64,000 bases of DNA from Eledone cirrhosa. Taxonomy: Eukaryota. The translations under genes and the position numbers were made by a program. The first letter of the stretch is position 1, and each line of letters begins with the position of its first letter. Where the stretch lies: contig OZ024741.1 in NCBI GenBank assembly GCA_964016885.1, positions 359,290,001 to 359,354,000 on the forward strand, in the 5' to 3' direction. The notes under the pieces were generated by a model. The model saw nothing but the letters and a program-made list of their open reading frames with translations, had not been told where the DNA came from and did not search any database. Of the stretch, positions 41,075 through 54,559 are shown one piece after another.

Positions 41075-41830
41075 GTAAGTCTTAACTTCAAATTAGGTAA
41101 TATTTTAATTTTACAATTTTTTTTTTTAAATGACTCTCTTTGTCCTCTTTTCTGACAGTTAAGTTACGGGACATAAACAAACAATAAATGTAAATACACA
41201 TATATATATATATATCATCATCATCATCATTATTGTTTGTTATGTCCACTCATTTATGCTAGAATGGGTTAGACAGGATGGTTTGAGACAATGTTTTACA
41301 GCCAGATGTCCTTCCTGACACCAACCTATTTAGTCACCTTTTACAACACACAGGGATACAGTCTACCTATTCTAAAAAAATGGATATACATATATATTGT
41401 TTCACTTGCTTCAGGCATGAGATTGCAGGGATGCTGGGACACCACTATAAAAGGATTCAGCCAATCATATCAACCCAAATACTTAATTTTTTCAAACCAG
41501 AAAAATTTTACTGACCTGATTTTGTCAAACCACTAAGTTATGGGGCATTAGCACCAGTATGTACATGGAGACACAAACACATACATTATATATGTATGTG
41601 TGTGTGAGTGTGTGTGTAACCCGGGTTAACCACAGTAAGGTACTCAATACATAGCACAGGGCTTTCCTGATGATTTCCTCCAGATGAAACAGTTCTAGTC
41701 CTGTAGAAGCCATTTCTATATTGAATATATATAGTTTAGGGATTGTAACATCAAGTTACTGTAGGTTCACCAAAGTGAGCACCCGATGCATAGTTTCCAG
41801 TAGGTATGCTGGTGTTGTACTAAGCAGAGT

Positions 41831-42130
41831 ATAATAATAATAATATGGACAAGGTGTCAAATTTTCATTAAGTTTATTGAAGTGTGACATGTGTTTCACG
41901 ATTGATCAGCTCAAGATTTTATCTGTATCGATCAGGCCTGACTCTAGAATCAATAGTTCATCAGATTTTGATTAGCGCCATATTGTGCTAACAGAAGTCA
42001 GATAAGCTTTTGATTCCAAAGTCGGGCCAGATCGATACAGATCAAACCTTGAGCTGATCAATCAGGAAACACGTCACACTTCAATAAACATAATGAAAAT
42101 TTGACACCTTGTCCATATTATTATTATTAT
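41831..42130. repeat. About 135-bp inverted repeat in (AAT)n with a hammerhead core (41886-41964, -)
   Basis: Arms are reverse-complementary; the minus strand reads CUGAUGA-AC.AUUGAU...AUCAAU.GU-GAAA-CACAU-GUC. Confidence 0.8.
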
Positions 42131-42353
42131 TGATATATATATATATATATATATATATGGTGGTCTTCTGTACAGTTTCTCTTCACTTCTCAAGGCATTA
42201 GTTAACATGACACTATAGTAGAAGCCACACAGTAGGACTGAACCCTGTGGTTTTCCACAGGGCTATGAAGCAAGCTCCTTAAGCTCACACCCATGCCTGC
42301 ACCTGTTTAATGTAAAATATGTCTGACATTTTATATTTTTTACTTTATTTCAG

Positions 42354-42459
42354 CTTACCAGTTTCAGGTAAACATATCAAGTTTATCTACAGTTAATGGA
42401 GAATTACATCTGGTATTTGTCGGAGCCAAAGGAAAATCTGAAATACTTAATGTTACTGA
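42354..42459 (+). CDS. Lipase B exon 7 (start of PLAT domain)
   Basis: ttcag/gtaagt; YQFQVNISSLSTVNGELHLVFVGAKGKSEILNVT; phases match neighbours. Confidence 0.9.
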
Positions 42460-42889
42460 GTAAGTGTAATTACCCTAAGTATGGGTGGTGGATTGGCAGA
42501 ATTGATAGAGCATCAGATAAAATGTTTTGTGGCATTTAGTGACAGCCCTTTACGTTTTTAGTTGAAATTCCAACATTCAACTTTACCTTTTATCTTTGTC
42601 GGGTCGATATAATTGAAATTCCTTTCCACACAAATTTCTAACCTTGTGCCTAAATTAGAAATTGTTATTACACCGAATATGGCATTAGAGTGTCAGATTA
42701 AATACCTCTACATTCTGAGTTCAAATCCTGCCAAGGTCAACTTTGTCTTTCATCCTTTTGGTATTGATAAATAAAGTACCAATCCAGGAGTGGTGACTTG
42801 GTGGAATAATTAATGAGTTGGATAAGATGTTTTAAAGTACCTGTTCTGGATCTGTAAGTTCTGAGTTCAAATCCTGTCAGTGTTGTTGG

Positions 42890-43235
42890 GCTAGGGTTGT
42901 AGTTAATTTTCTCCTTAAACCCACTTACCTCTAGGGTACTGTTTTAATAGGTAGCCGCTTTATTTAAAATATCTCTACTAAATGAGATACTGGAAATTCA
43001 TTTACTTGTTTTTGACTAAATTTTATTTAAAATCTATTGAAGGTTGGCAGGATCCAATATTGATATAGGATAATCTATTGTTTGGTTTTCTAAAGGGTTT
43101 GTATGCATTATTCTTTAGATCTAGGGTGACATCTAGGAAGTATACAGTGGTTAGGTTAGCATCTATAGTAATTTTATAAACCAAAGGATTTAAAGGTTTG
43201 TATAATATATATATCACATTTTTCATAGTTTGGTG
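42890..43235 (-). mobile_element. Penelope-like RT fragment
   Basis: VYFLDVTLDLKNNAYKPFRKPNNRLSYINIGS, a PLE RT thumb-region motif. Confidence 0.7.
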
Positions 43236-43475
43236 AAATTACATATTCCATATTCCATTCATAAAATAATGGGTTATGTACAATAATAATAATAATAACA
43301 GCAATAATAATAATAACAACGGTTTCTTTATTAACCACAAAGGGTTTACAAATAGCACATTAAGAACAGTACAATACAATACAGTGTGGTGTTGTGTAAA
43401 AATGAGAAATAACAAAAACAAAATGGATAACAATAAAATGAAACAAAGAAAAATTCCCCAATGGGGGGAGGGCAT

Positions 43476-44177
43476 TTGATGGTCAATCATGGAAAAGCCC
43501 CACAAAAAGGTCACGTCTTCCTGACCATTAAAACAAGTGCCTTCTTGCAGTTGTCCTCATCGAAACTACAGGCACATACTCAGAACATTCCCCTGGAAGG
43601 CAGCACTCTCAACTCTGATTTTCCTTTTCAAGTGAAACTTGATAACATCTATGAGAGCTTGGCCAATGAGGAAAATGTCTGTTATCGGCCCTTTCAATCT
43701 TGTCCACCACACGTGTTGTCATGGTCACCAGTTAGATCAGAACTGACTGCTCTTCCAAGAAGGTAATAGGACAATCTTCACAATGGACTCAACTGATAGC
43801 CAGATCTGTCCTACATGTGGTAGCAGTTGTTCAACAAAAATACACAAGTCAGCAATGTTTGGGCTTTGAACAAGTGCATGCAGGACAGTTTTGTTGCTCT
43901 GTGCATATCTCAAACAGGCTCAGCTGACAGCACTTCCAGGCCAGAGATTTCTGGAAATTATCTTTGATCTCTGAACTAAAAGTCTTCCAGAACAGACCAC
44001 CCAATTGATTTTAATCAATTCTCAAAGTCTCTGAGAATGTTGTCATTTTAACCCACCACTAGGCTTCTATAGAAAGCCAAAATGAAACTTCCACTGACCA
44101 CATTGTTCACCTGGCAGAGGGCTGTGAGTACTTGACAACATTCCAGTTGCCAAGTGCCCAGCCTAGGGCTGCACGAC
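43476..44177 (-). mobile_element. Degenerate L1/Tx1-like LINE 3' fragment
   Basis: Remnants of SLAWKC...TVLHALV..P...FVEQLL and ALVLMV near the 3' end. Confidence 0.5.
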
Positions 44178-44651
44178 AATAAGAATAATCATCTTAATGT
44201 AATTTCAATGGAATAGAGCTGTCTTCACACAGGCCTCTCACTAATCCTTAATGTATTTTTAGTGGAATAGAGTTACTGATTCCATACAAGGAAGGCAGCA
44301 AATTGACAGAGTTGTTGGAACATCAGATAGAATGCTTTCTTGTATTTGTCTCTGCACTGAAGTTAACTTCGCCTGTCATCCTTTCAAAGTTGATAAAAAA
44401 ATATAATAGTTCAATACTAAGGTCGACTCTTCCTCTATGTCTCTTTCTCACTTCCTCTCATTCTCCATCTCTCTCTCCTTCTTTGGAAGAAATCGGCTGT
44501 GTTCAGACTTGCAGAAGGATAGGCTCTACAAGGTTTAAAATGCCCAAAACACATACTGCATCACTGGAACCAACCCGTATGATTCAATCAAGAGTCACAC
44601 ACACATACATACTCCACACAAGCCACTCACTAATCTTTAATGTATTTTTAG

Positions 44652-44834
44652 TGGAATAGAACTAGTGTCTTCACACAAGCCTCTCATGAAAGTAGTGAAA
44701 AGCCACAAAGATATAGGAGAACTCCAATACATTGATGTCAGTTATAAAGAAACAGAGAACTTCATCCGTATATTATTTGAAGATGACTGGATATTGGAAT
44801 TCTTTCAGGTCTTTGATGCCAGATACCGAATGAG
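44652..44834 (+). CDS. Lipase B exon 8 (PLAT)
   Basis: ttttag/gtaagt; GIELVSSHKPLMKVVKSHKDIGELQYIDVSYKETENFIRILFEDDWILEFFQVFDARYRM; paralogous to 343-525. Confidence 0.9.
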
Positions 44835-46671
44835 GTAAGTAAGATCCACTTTGAAACAGGAATAATGGAATGGATCTCTGTCTGTTTCAATGATAAGTGT
44901 TCTAGTCTGATCAATGGAATTGCCTTCTCGTGAAATGTGATACAGACATGTATCCTTAATGTAATTCTCAGAGGGATTCAGTGTCACACAGTATGTGACA
45001 AGGTTGGCTCTTTCAATTACAGATACATTCCATCTTGTATTATAGTCTAAGTAACTGAGCGTTCCATAGACACACTCTTAAAATAATTCTCAGGGAGATT
45101 CAGTGTGACGCTATGAGTAACAAGGCTAACCTTTTGAATTACAGGTATAATCTACCTTTGGGTTAACACACAGTTTCTGTCTACCCAATTACACATGGGT
45201 TGAGCTGAAACAGTTGTAAATGTCATCTGTCCAATATGCCACCTAGTGGTATTGAACTTGGGACAATATGATTGTGAAGCAAACTTCTTAACTATGCTGT
45301 GACACCAAATAAATATATACTCTCTACCTTACCTTTTAGATGAAAATAGTAAAGAGGTTAACTGGATCATGTTGCCAATATAAAAGTTGCTGCATTTGGT
45401 GCACAGAATACAATACTTGTCATTCTGGATAAAATGCACCCAGTGCACTCTGTAAAGTGTTTAATATTAGGAAGGGCACCCTGCTGAAGAAAGCATGCCA
45501 AAACTGAAACACATCTAAGCAAAACATGGCCCCCAGCCAGTTTAGGACAGTAACTCCAATTAAGTAATGACTTCATCTGTAATAACCTTTCCAATTCATG
45601 CTAGTTTGGAAAAAATGGACATATGATGATGATGGTGAAGCTATTTCTTTGATAGCCAATTCCATAGGGAGGGCCCTTAGTGAGTCAACTGTATATCCAG
45701 CCCCTCTCTACAGATGGACAGCAATGGTTATATTGACTCTAAAGTGCTAACATCAGGAAGCAGGTGCTGGAAGAGTTCTTTTTCTTAGGCTTAAAGTCCC
45801 GAAGACAACTGAGGGATAAATGTTACTTTTGTTGTTCTGAATCTATAGTCCTATCCTAATCAAGAGGACCCATAATCAAAAGCATTCCAGTAATAATCAT
45901 TCCACCTTTCCTTCATGTGCTCTTGAATAATGATAGGGTGGGATGTGAGGGAGTGTTTGGCTGTCAATGCTATTGGGTTACATAATCATATAGAGACTTC
46001 TTTACATACAAGAGAGAGGGGTAGGGGCTTAATGACTATATAAGCTTTCTTACATTATTGCAGTTACTTAAACTTTCATTGATCCAGATGTATCTACATT
46101 AGAATACTTATACCATATCCCTGCATATCATAAAGGCATCCAGCTGTAAAACATTGCCTCAAAAATGAACCATGTGTGGGTTCACAAGGCTAGCTCCTGA
46201 TGTGTTAAGGGGAAATGGCCTTAAAATGCTTGAAGAAGTTATATTATCATTATTGCATATTCCTATTTTGTTTTGTCTGTTGTTATTTATTGATTCTTAA
46301 AATCAATGTATGTATTGATTATTGCAACCAATATGTGTTTATTGATTATATTTACAACCCATCATCATCATTTTACATCCTCTTTCCATGCCAACATGGG
46401 TTGGATGGGTTGTTACGGTCCAATTCTAGACAAGTTGGAGAGACCTCATCTTGCTCATATGTTCCATATTTGGCATGGTTTCTACAGCTGGATGCCTTTT
46501 CTAACATCAACCACTTTCAGGATACACCAGCACAACCACTTTACAGAGTGTACAGGAAGCATTTTATATAGAGGTTATCATATGTTCAGTCAAACTGAAG
46601 AGTCCTTTCTACTATGTATTATCTACATTCAATTGCCAAACACATTACAGAGTGTATATTTATATTTACAG

Positions 46672-46750
46672 ATACAACTTTTGTGCAAAAAATGTTAGAA
46701 TTAGTTCTGGAAAGGTCAAGAGATTCGATGTTAGAAATCTGTGCCCATAA
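46672..46750 (+). CDS. Lipase B exon 9 (last)
   Basis: cag acceptor; YNFCAKNVRISSGKVKRFDVRNLCP-TAA; the nine exons sum to 1443 nt (480 aa + stop). Confidence 0.9.
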
Positions 46751-49621
46751 AAAAATGTCTTGGAAAGACTGAAGTCATGAAGATGAAGATAAAATACATG
46801 GCAGGAACCGAAGTTTAGAAACTAATTAGTTGGAAGACTCTAGAATTTTATGTTTAACTCTCTTGGTAACAAACTGGCCATGGTTTTATGATTCAAAACT
46901 GTATATCTTTAAGTATTTATATCTATCTAAAAACCTTTAAATTATCTCCAAACGCCAGCTTAAAAATGAGAAAGTTAGTATATTACTATATTCCTTTAAA
47001 TTCTTTCATTGTTTGTCTTCCTTTCGCTGAGCGATACTCCACTCATCCACAAGACTAATCCCTTTGATGACATTTCCAATTAACTAAATTTTTATAATTG
47101 ATATCATTAAAATGTATTGCCATGGAAACTGAAACATTACCTTGGTCTCTTAACAACCCCAGTTCGGTTCTGGTCTGATTTGGAAAGGCTAAATACAACT
47201 CTTTAAAAAAATTTATGCAAATTGGCTATTGATAATATTTAAAATGCAAAAATAAATGTTTATTCACAATATCAAAATTTTTGCTTTATGCAAAAAGGAC
47301 AATACAACATATTTTTATTATCATACTTTGTGGCACATAATTACAGCTCTTTACATTCTGAGGTTAGCTTTGCCTTATGGGGTCGATAAAATAAAGTGCC
47401 AGTGGGATCAATATAATTGATTTTCTCCTTCTTTTCAAATTGCTGGCCTTGTGCCAAAAGTTGAAAGAATTATTATTATTATTATTATTATCATTATATT
47501 ACTAACAACATCAAACTGGTAGAGTTGTTCAAACATCAGATAGAATGCTTTGAGGTATTCTTTCTGAATCTCTGCACTCTGAATTCAAGTCCCACAGAGG
47601 TTAGCTTTGTATCAGTAACACAATGGGGTCGATTTAATTGACTTTCTACTCCCACAAAATTGTTGACCTTGTGCCTGAATCACTATTATTATCATTGGCA
47701 GTATCGGTAGAGGGTCGGACGCCATGCTTTGACGCATAGAGTTACGGCCCTTGCCATTCTGAGTTCAAATCCCGCCGAGGTTAACCTTGCCTTTCATCCT
47801 TACAGGGTCGATAAAATAAAGTACCAGTAATACACTGGAATAATTGCTGGTCTTGTGCCAAAAGTAGAAACAATTATCATTATTATTATCATTACTATCC
47901 ATTGTTATGCAAATATTTCTAAACAAGAGTGGGAATATGCTAATTAACTCAATCAATAAATCTTTCAATATTGATCTTTTATGTTAAGAATTAAATGAAA
48001 AACTGTCACCTGTTTCTGCTGGTAGAAATATTTGATATTTTGGTTATTTTTAGACAAGTCTACATATTATTATCAAACACTATACACACTTCTTCTTCAC
48101 AGGACCCTCAAACACTCCTTCCAGTGGGTCCTGTCAGAAGCAACTGTATCCAACTGATCTGGCTGGATCTCCAAGCAAGACCAGCCAAGCTCATAGATGT
48201 TATCCAACCATCTTGCTCGAGGTCTACCCCTGGGTCTCCTGCCAGTTAGTTTGCCCAATAAAATTTGTCAAGTGATTCTTTCCTGAAACATTCTAACCAC
48301 ATGCCCATAGTAGTGGAGATTTGATCTCGCAATTCAGAGAAGTAGTGGCTCTATCTGGAATGACTCTGATCTCTGAGCTATGCACTCTATCGAGTAACAT
48401 TACTCTAAAGACTCTTCGGAGGAACCCCATTTCGGCCACTTGTGTTTGTGATCATATTCTGTCAGTCAGTACCCAAGATTCATGACCATAGGTATGTGTT
48501 GGGATGAATACCAAATTGAAAATACCAAGTTTGGCTTTTACACCTATCTGCCTTCTTCTGATATACTATACACATAATATATAAATAGGTGCAGGCATGG
48601 CTGTATGATTAAAGAGCTTGCTTCATAACCACATGGTTTGGAGTTCATTTTCATCATGTGGCACTTTGGATAAGTGTCTTTTACTACAACCTTGGGTTGA
48701 CCAATGACTTTTGAGTGAAACTTGGTAGATAGAAATTGCAGAAATCTGCTGTATAAATCATCATCATTATCATTTAATGTTCATTATCCATACTGGCATG
48801 TGTTGGACGAGTCATTGTGAACCAAGTCAGTACTTAATTAGAGTTTGTCCATGTCAGTGTTTATCTTAGTATCTGTGTCTGTTTCCGGTAACTTAATGGG
48901 TCAACAAAATGAGATCAATAAAATAAATATCAGACTTGAAAAAATAAATACTTGGGTCAATATGATCAACTAAACTCCTTCAAGGCAATGTCTCAAGATG
49001 GCCGCAGTCTAATGACTGAAATCAGTAAAGGAATAAAAAAGATTTTACAAACAGCATATTTGTAGTCATTAGAATTGGTATCATCACTATTGTCATCATC
49101 ACCATCACCATTTTACATCCATTTTCTACTCTAGAATGGGTTGGTAGAGTCATCGAAGTCAGAGACAAGACAGATCAGATAACCAACTTGCTGCCTTTAC
49201 CAACAGAAACCACTTTATAGAATGTATTGAGTGCATTTATCTCACCTGCATTCTATGTGGCTGAACCATACTATCAACGGATGATCTTGTGAACAAATCA
49301 AGACCTTAAGTTGCATGCAGTTCCATCAGCTATGCTTAAGCACTGCTGTTCTACGTGTTTAAAAGTATAATGAGTGCTCTGGGCTGAAAATCCATGTTAG
49401 TTGAATGTACAATGATGCACTCTCTGTTGGTAATATACTCTGTTCAAATTCCTTGCCACAACTGACATGAAGGGTTCAAGTCAAAGTTTGGGCTCACTAG
49501 TAATCTAAGGGGCCACAGCAGAAAAACAGGCATCTGATACAGGTTGATGACTGTGACGAGAAACTGATTTTGCTCAGATTCAAGTTGAAGACTGCACACA
49601 CTATATATATATGTGTGTGTG

Positions 49622-49652
<31 letters not shown>

Positions 49653-49893
49653 TTAATCACCTCATTTACACAGACGAGAAAACTATATATTCTTGACTGT
49701 TCAAGTCGCAAGCAGTGGGAGGGACCATCCTGAAGAAGGCATAGACGGTTGTCCCTCTTGCTTCTGCTGGACACCACCAGATGGCCTTAGCCCGAACTAA
49801 ATTGCTGGTATTCGAACAGCGGGAATCTAACTGAACTTATCAAGAGGACTCGATACTTGGGGTAGTAGAGTAGGTAATATGAAAAGATTCAGG

Positions 49894-49932
<39 letters not shown>

Positions 49933-50212
49933 CACACATTAGGAAAATGATAGTTGATAATAATATAATTTTTTTCTTTAATTTAATGTGATTAGAAAAA
50001 GAAATAAATGCTAAAAGAGAAAGATGGAAAGATTAGAAAAAAAGGGAATGAATACTTACAAAAATAAATATTTAAAAAAAAGAACAGATAGGATTTCCTA
50101 ATAGTCAACAAATGGCGGTACCCAGCATGGCCACAGTCCATGGGGAGGAACAGGTAAAAGGATAAAAGAGTAAATAGTGCAATGTGTTGAAACAATGTAA
50201 TGAAAGTATGTA

Positions 50213-50353
50213 CTATGCATGACATGAACATGAAGAGATGTCAGCTCGAAATTCCCACTCATTGCCCCAGAATCCAGTACACAGAAATCCACCTGGACCT
50301 TTCAGAGGAAAAGAAGGACCAGTTATCACAAAATCAGGGATTAGATTAGAAAA
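50213..50353 (-). CDS. Gene C last exon (uncharacterized ARB_06907-like secreted protein)
   Basis: ttcag acceptor; FSNLIPDFVITGPSFPLKGPGGFLCTGFWGNEWEFRADISSCSCHA-TAG. Confidence 0.85.
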   Translation of the reverse strand, partial: FSNLIPDFVITGPSFPLKGPGGFLCTGFWGNEWEFRADISSCSCHA

Positions 50354-50719
50354 CTGAAATAGAAGAAATAAATATATATAATTATATTAAATCCAGAGAG
50401 GAATCAATAAAAATTATACATATAATAATAATATATATAATTGTAGCACAAATATTTATTATTTGAAAAAGGTTAATAGTTTAAGCAGAAAATCTTTGCA
50501 AGCTCACAGATGTAGCTCCATTGAACATTCCCACATGGAGCTGTTGTTTTTCTGTATTGAATATGATATATGCCTGTAAATTTTGAAATATTTATATCTG
50601 TGTCCACAGATTTAAGAATATGTCAATTTCTGAAGATTCTGAAAAGGGTGAAAGCAAAGATTCTCAGTTTAAATTATTAATCTGTTCAAATAATAAATAA
50701 ATAAATAAATAAATAAATA

Positions 50720-51000
50720 ATAAAGTCTAACAAAGAAAGAAATGTCTTCTAATTCGTGTATCAATCCCCACAGATACATCTGCGAAGGAAATGGAGAAAC
50801 TCTCCAAATATAAAGATCTAGAGATAGAAATAACTTGAATGTGGATGATAAAAACAGAAACAATATCTATAATAATAGGTGTTCTGGGAATGGAAAAAAA
50901 CATATAGTCAGATACATTACCAAAACCCCAGGACTTACAAAGACATACAACAAACAAAAAATAGCACTACTAGGCACTGCACACATATTATGAAGAGTAC
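50720..51000 (+). mobile_element. R4/Dong-like LINE restriction-like endonuclease fragment
   Basis: CLLI.VSIP.D...KLSKYKDLEIEIT.MW..KTETISIIIGVLG; preceded by (AAAT)n. Confidence 0.7.
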
Positions 51001-51160
51001 TCCCAATACAATAGAAACAACATCACCAAAAACCACATTGCACATATCCAAGGTACAGAGAGCTGAGCTTGGTAATGCAGTGATGATGCACAATTGAAAT
51101 AAGACAACAACAACAATAACAACAACAACAATAATAATAATAATAGTAATAATAATTTTA

Positions 51161-53670
51161 AGGATGACCTAAAATTGTATGCTAAAAGCAATCAAGAGTT
51201 AGAAGTACTTTTAGCAATAACATTGGCATGGAATTTGGTTTTGACAAATGCATCAAAATAATGTTTAAAAGAGGAAAGCTAACAAAAATATCATCTGTTA
51301 AACTCGATATATATACAACCATACAGGAGTTAGACCCAGAAGGTACTTATAAATATCTTGACATAAATGAAGGTGATGGAATTAAACATAATCAAATGAA
51401 GGAGAAAATATGGAAAGAATGTTACAGAAAAGTAAGGCTGATCTTGAAAACTGAACTAAATTCTAAAAGCTGTTTCCAAGTTAGACACACCTTAGCTGTA
51501 CCAGTGGTATAATACAGTTCTAATACCATCATTTGGAACTTATCTGATCTTCAAAAAATGGACTCCAAAACTCAGAAACTCCTTGCACTCAACAAAATGC
51601 ATCACCCAAAGGCAGACAATGATTGCCTATATTTGTCAAGACAAGAAGGGAGAAGAGGACTAATTCAACTGGAACTGTGATATAAAATAATTACAATAGG
51701 CTTACAAATGTACCTAGAGACCACCAATGAATGGATGGTGTTAGTAAGAGAACACAAAAACCAAAAGAAACTCCATTCAGTAGTCAAAGAGGCAGGAAAG
51801 AACTAAAAACTGAAGACATACACCTAAATAATGAAGCTGACCTAATTCCAACTAAAGCAGCAACAATCCACAGAAGCAAGTCAAAGCTAGAATGTCTAAA
51901 AACATTTAGAGTTAGATAGCAACAAAAACCTCTGCATGGCCGATTCCCACTTTGCGGCCAAGATGCTGATGTAGATCAAACACAAACTCATCAGTGACTA
52001 TGAAGTTTGGGATTAAAAGCTGAAACAAAAGGCTTTATTTTTTGCTGCCCATAATCAGAGCCTCTTTACTAGGAATTATCAGGCAAATATTCTCAGAAAT
52101 GGAGCAGACCCCAAATGCAGGATATGTGAGGTACAGCTTGAAACAGGGATGTCATACACTAGCACCAACTGAATAAAAGATTAAACATGATAGGACAGAG
52201 CAAAAAACAGTAACTGAGAGTGAAGGGGCAACAATTCTTTGGGATTTTACCATTCACACATATCGCATTATTAGTGCAATCTACCCTGATATTATTATTA
52301 AAGATTTAGAAAACAAGGCCTGCTTACTCATTGACATGACTGTACCGTGTGATGGAAATGTGTCATCAAAAGGGTATGAGAAACTTGCTAAATATAAAGA
52401 TCTAGAAATTGAGATAAAAAGAATGTGGCACCTTAAAACACAAACTATTCCAGTAATGATATGAACTTTAACTCTTTAGCATTCACATTAATTTGTCAAA
52501 TGTCATGTTTATCTGTTCACATTATTTTCAGTTAATCGTTCTCAAGAGGGTTATCAATTTTATTTGTTTGTAATTTTCTTAACTTTCTATGTGCAAGGCT
52601 TGAAATTTTGTCAGTAGATGTTTAAATATCAATAATTTACAATTATATAATTTTACCTGATTTTTTTGGTTAAATTTGACTTTTATGGGCAGGTGAAATT
52701 AATTAATAGGAGCATTTGAAGTATCAACCAGGTGCAAATACTGGTTTAATTTTAAATACCTTGTTTTCGGCATACTTGATATATAAGAATCACTAAACCT
52801 TATATCAGTGCTCCAATAATTCCAGTCTTGGAAATTGTTTTATACCGAACATAATATTTACAGTAAAAAATGCTTGCATTTCTGCAGCATCTGTCGGTCG
52901 CCATAACAGATCAGGTTTTCCTCGATTTGAAATCTGTTGTTGGGCATATTGATTAATCTCTTCTGCCACAACTTCGAAGAAAGTTTGTGGTAAAAACAGA
53001 AAGAAATAATCCAGTGCTTTAGCATCAGGAGGTAATGTGTGTTGTGGATCAGTATTTTGAATAAGATCGGGAACATATATTGGAGTGGTATTTTTCAACC
53101 ACGTTTCAATGGCGTCCTGGAGATCTCCTTCATTTTTCACTTTCAAAGCAACAATCATCGTCGTATGAAATCTCAGAAATGTAAACATCTGATTCATTTG
53201 AAGATAAATCACTAATATTATCTTTTGTTTCTTGTTCATTTTGAATGTTGTGTGTAAAACCTTCAAAGTCGGTATCGCTACTTTCATAAGCCATGTTGAT
53301 ACAAACGAAAAATCTGTTGTACTTTCAACGTTAAAAAAACGTGTTGTTTCAAGTTGTTTCACTATGTTAAGAGTTAATTTTCGCGGTAAAAGACTAATCT
53401 CGCAGTAATCTCGAATTGACGAGATTTTGATGACAGTATTGTTTATTTTTAGAACGATATTTTAGTGTGGGTATTATCGGCCGGTTTCGGCCGGATTGAA
53501 CAAAAGAAGGGGAAATAATTGCGGCCAGTTTGGGGCGGTTTGAACACTAACGGGTTAAATGTCATAAAGAAAGGTGTTCAAAGGTTTCTAGAAAACCTAG
53601 CATCTATGAAGTCCAAAAGATAGTTCTAACACATACCACCTACATTTTTCGTAAATTGTTGTCTTTGTAA
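51161..53670 (+). mobile_element. R4/Dong-like LINE (RT end, CCHC, RLE), split by a piggyBac
   Basis: DDLKLYAK, GMEFGFDKC, YKYL, PKCRIC, TILWDF..PDIII..IDMTVP..EKLAKYKDL; resumes LNVIKKG after 53555; follows (AAT)n. Confidence 0.85.
52472..53554 (-). mobile_element. Internally deleted piggyBac element
   Basis: TTAA TSD (52468-52471 and 53555-53558); TIRs CTCTTTAGCATTC / CCCGTTAGTGTTC; ORF 52805-53362 ALDYFFLFLP...EEINQYA...WRPTDAAEMQAFF resembles a PGBD4-type transposase N-terminal part. Confidence 0.88.
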
Positions 53671-53939
53671 TATTTGTCAACACAATCTTTTCTGTTTAAT
53701 TTTTAGAGCAAATTTACTTAATATTTAATACCATTCAAATATCCTTAATGCAAAATTAGTCCATGTCTTTTATACTCTTAATACTTCTTTCTATCTTCTC
53801 CTACTCCTACCTTTTTATGTTTTCTCTTCTTTTTTTTTAAAACTTATTTACATATCGACTTTTGTGACATGACTTGTTAAGGGAACGTGAGGACAGAACA
53901 AAATAAGTAGTCATTGCATATAAAGCTAAATCAAAAGAA

Positions 53940-53984
<45 letters not shown>

Positions 53985-54559
53985 TTTTCTTTATTGACCA
54001 CGAGGGTTGACATAAATAATAATAATTGTTTCTACTTTTGGCACAAGGTCAGCAATTACCCAGTGTATTACTGGTACTTTAAATAATAATAATAACAACA
54101 CCTTTCACCCAAACATACATCACTCTCTTCAGATGGATTGAAAAATCAATGTAAATGTGTGAAGTGACAATAAATATGAGAGTTCATTAAGGAGAGTATG
54201 TAAGAGTGGAATATTGAACTAGTTGTTGGTAATGGAAAGTTAGCAAATATGAAGGCACATGGCTTAGTGGTTACAGCATTGGCCTTGCAATCGAAAGGTT
54301 GTGAGTTCAATTCTCAGACCGGGTGATGTGTTGTTTCCTTGAGCAAGACACTTTATTTTTTTCACATTGCTCCAGTTTACTCAGCTGTAGAAGTGGTTGT
54401 GGAGGTGCCACGGCAAAAAAGCACCCAGCACTCACTGTAAATGAGGTTGGTGTTAGGAAGGGCATCCAGCTGTAGAAATCACGTCAGAATCAGTTCCCGT
54501 CCCACCCTTGCAAGCAGGGAAAAGCGGACGTAAAATGATGATGATGATGATGATGATGA

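Noticed and set aside
49729-49800. CUGAAGAAGGC...GCCCGAAC hammerhead-like motif
   Set aside because: GAAA is not intact and stems I/III are not evident; too degenerate to call.
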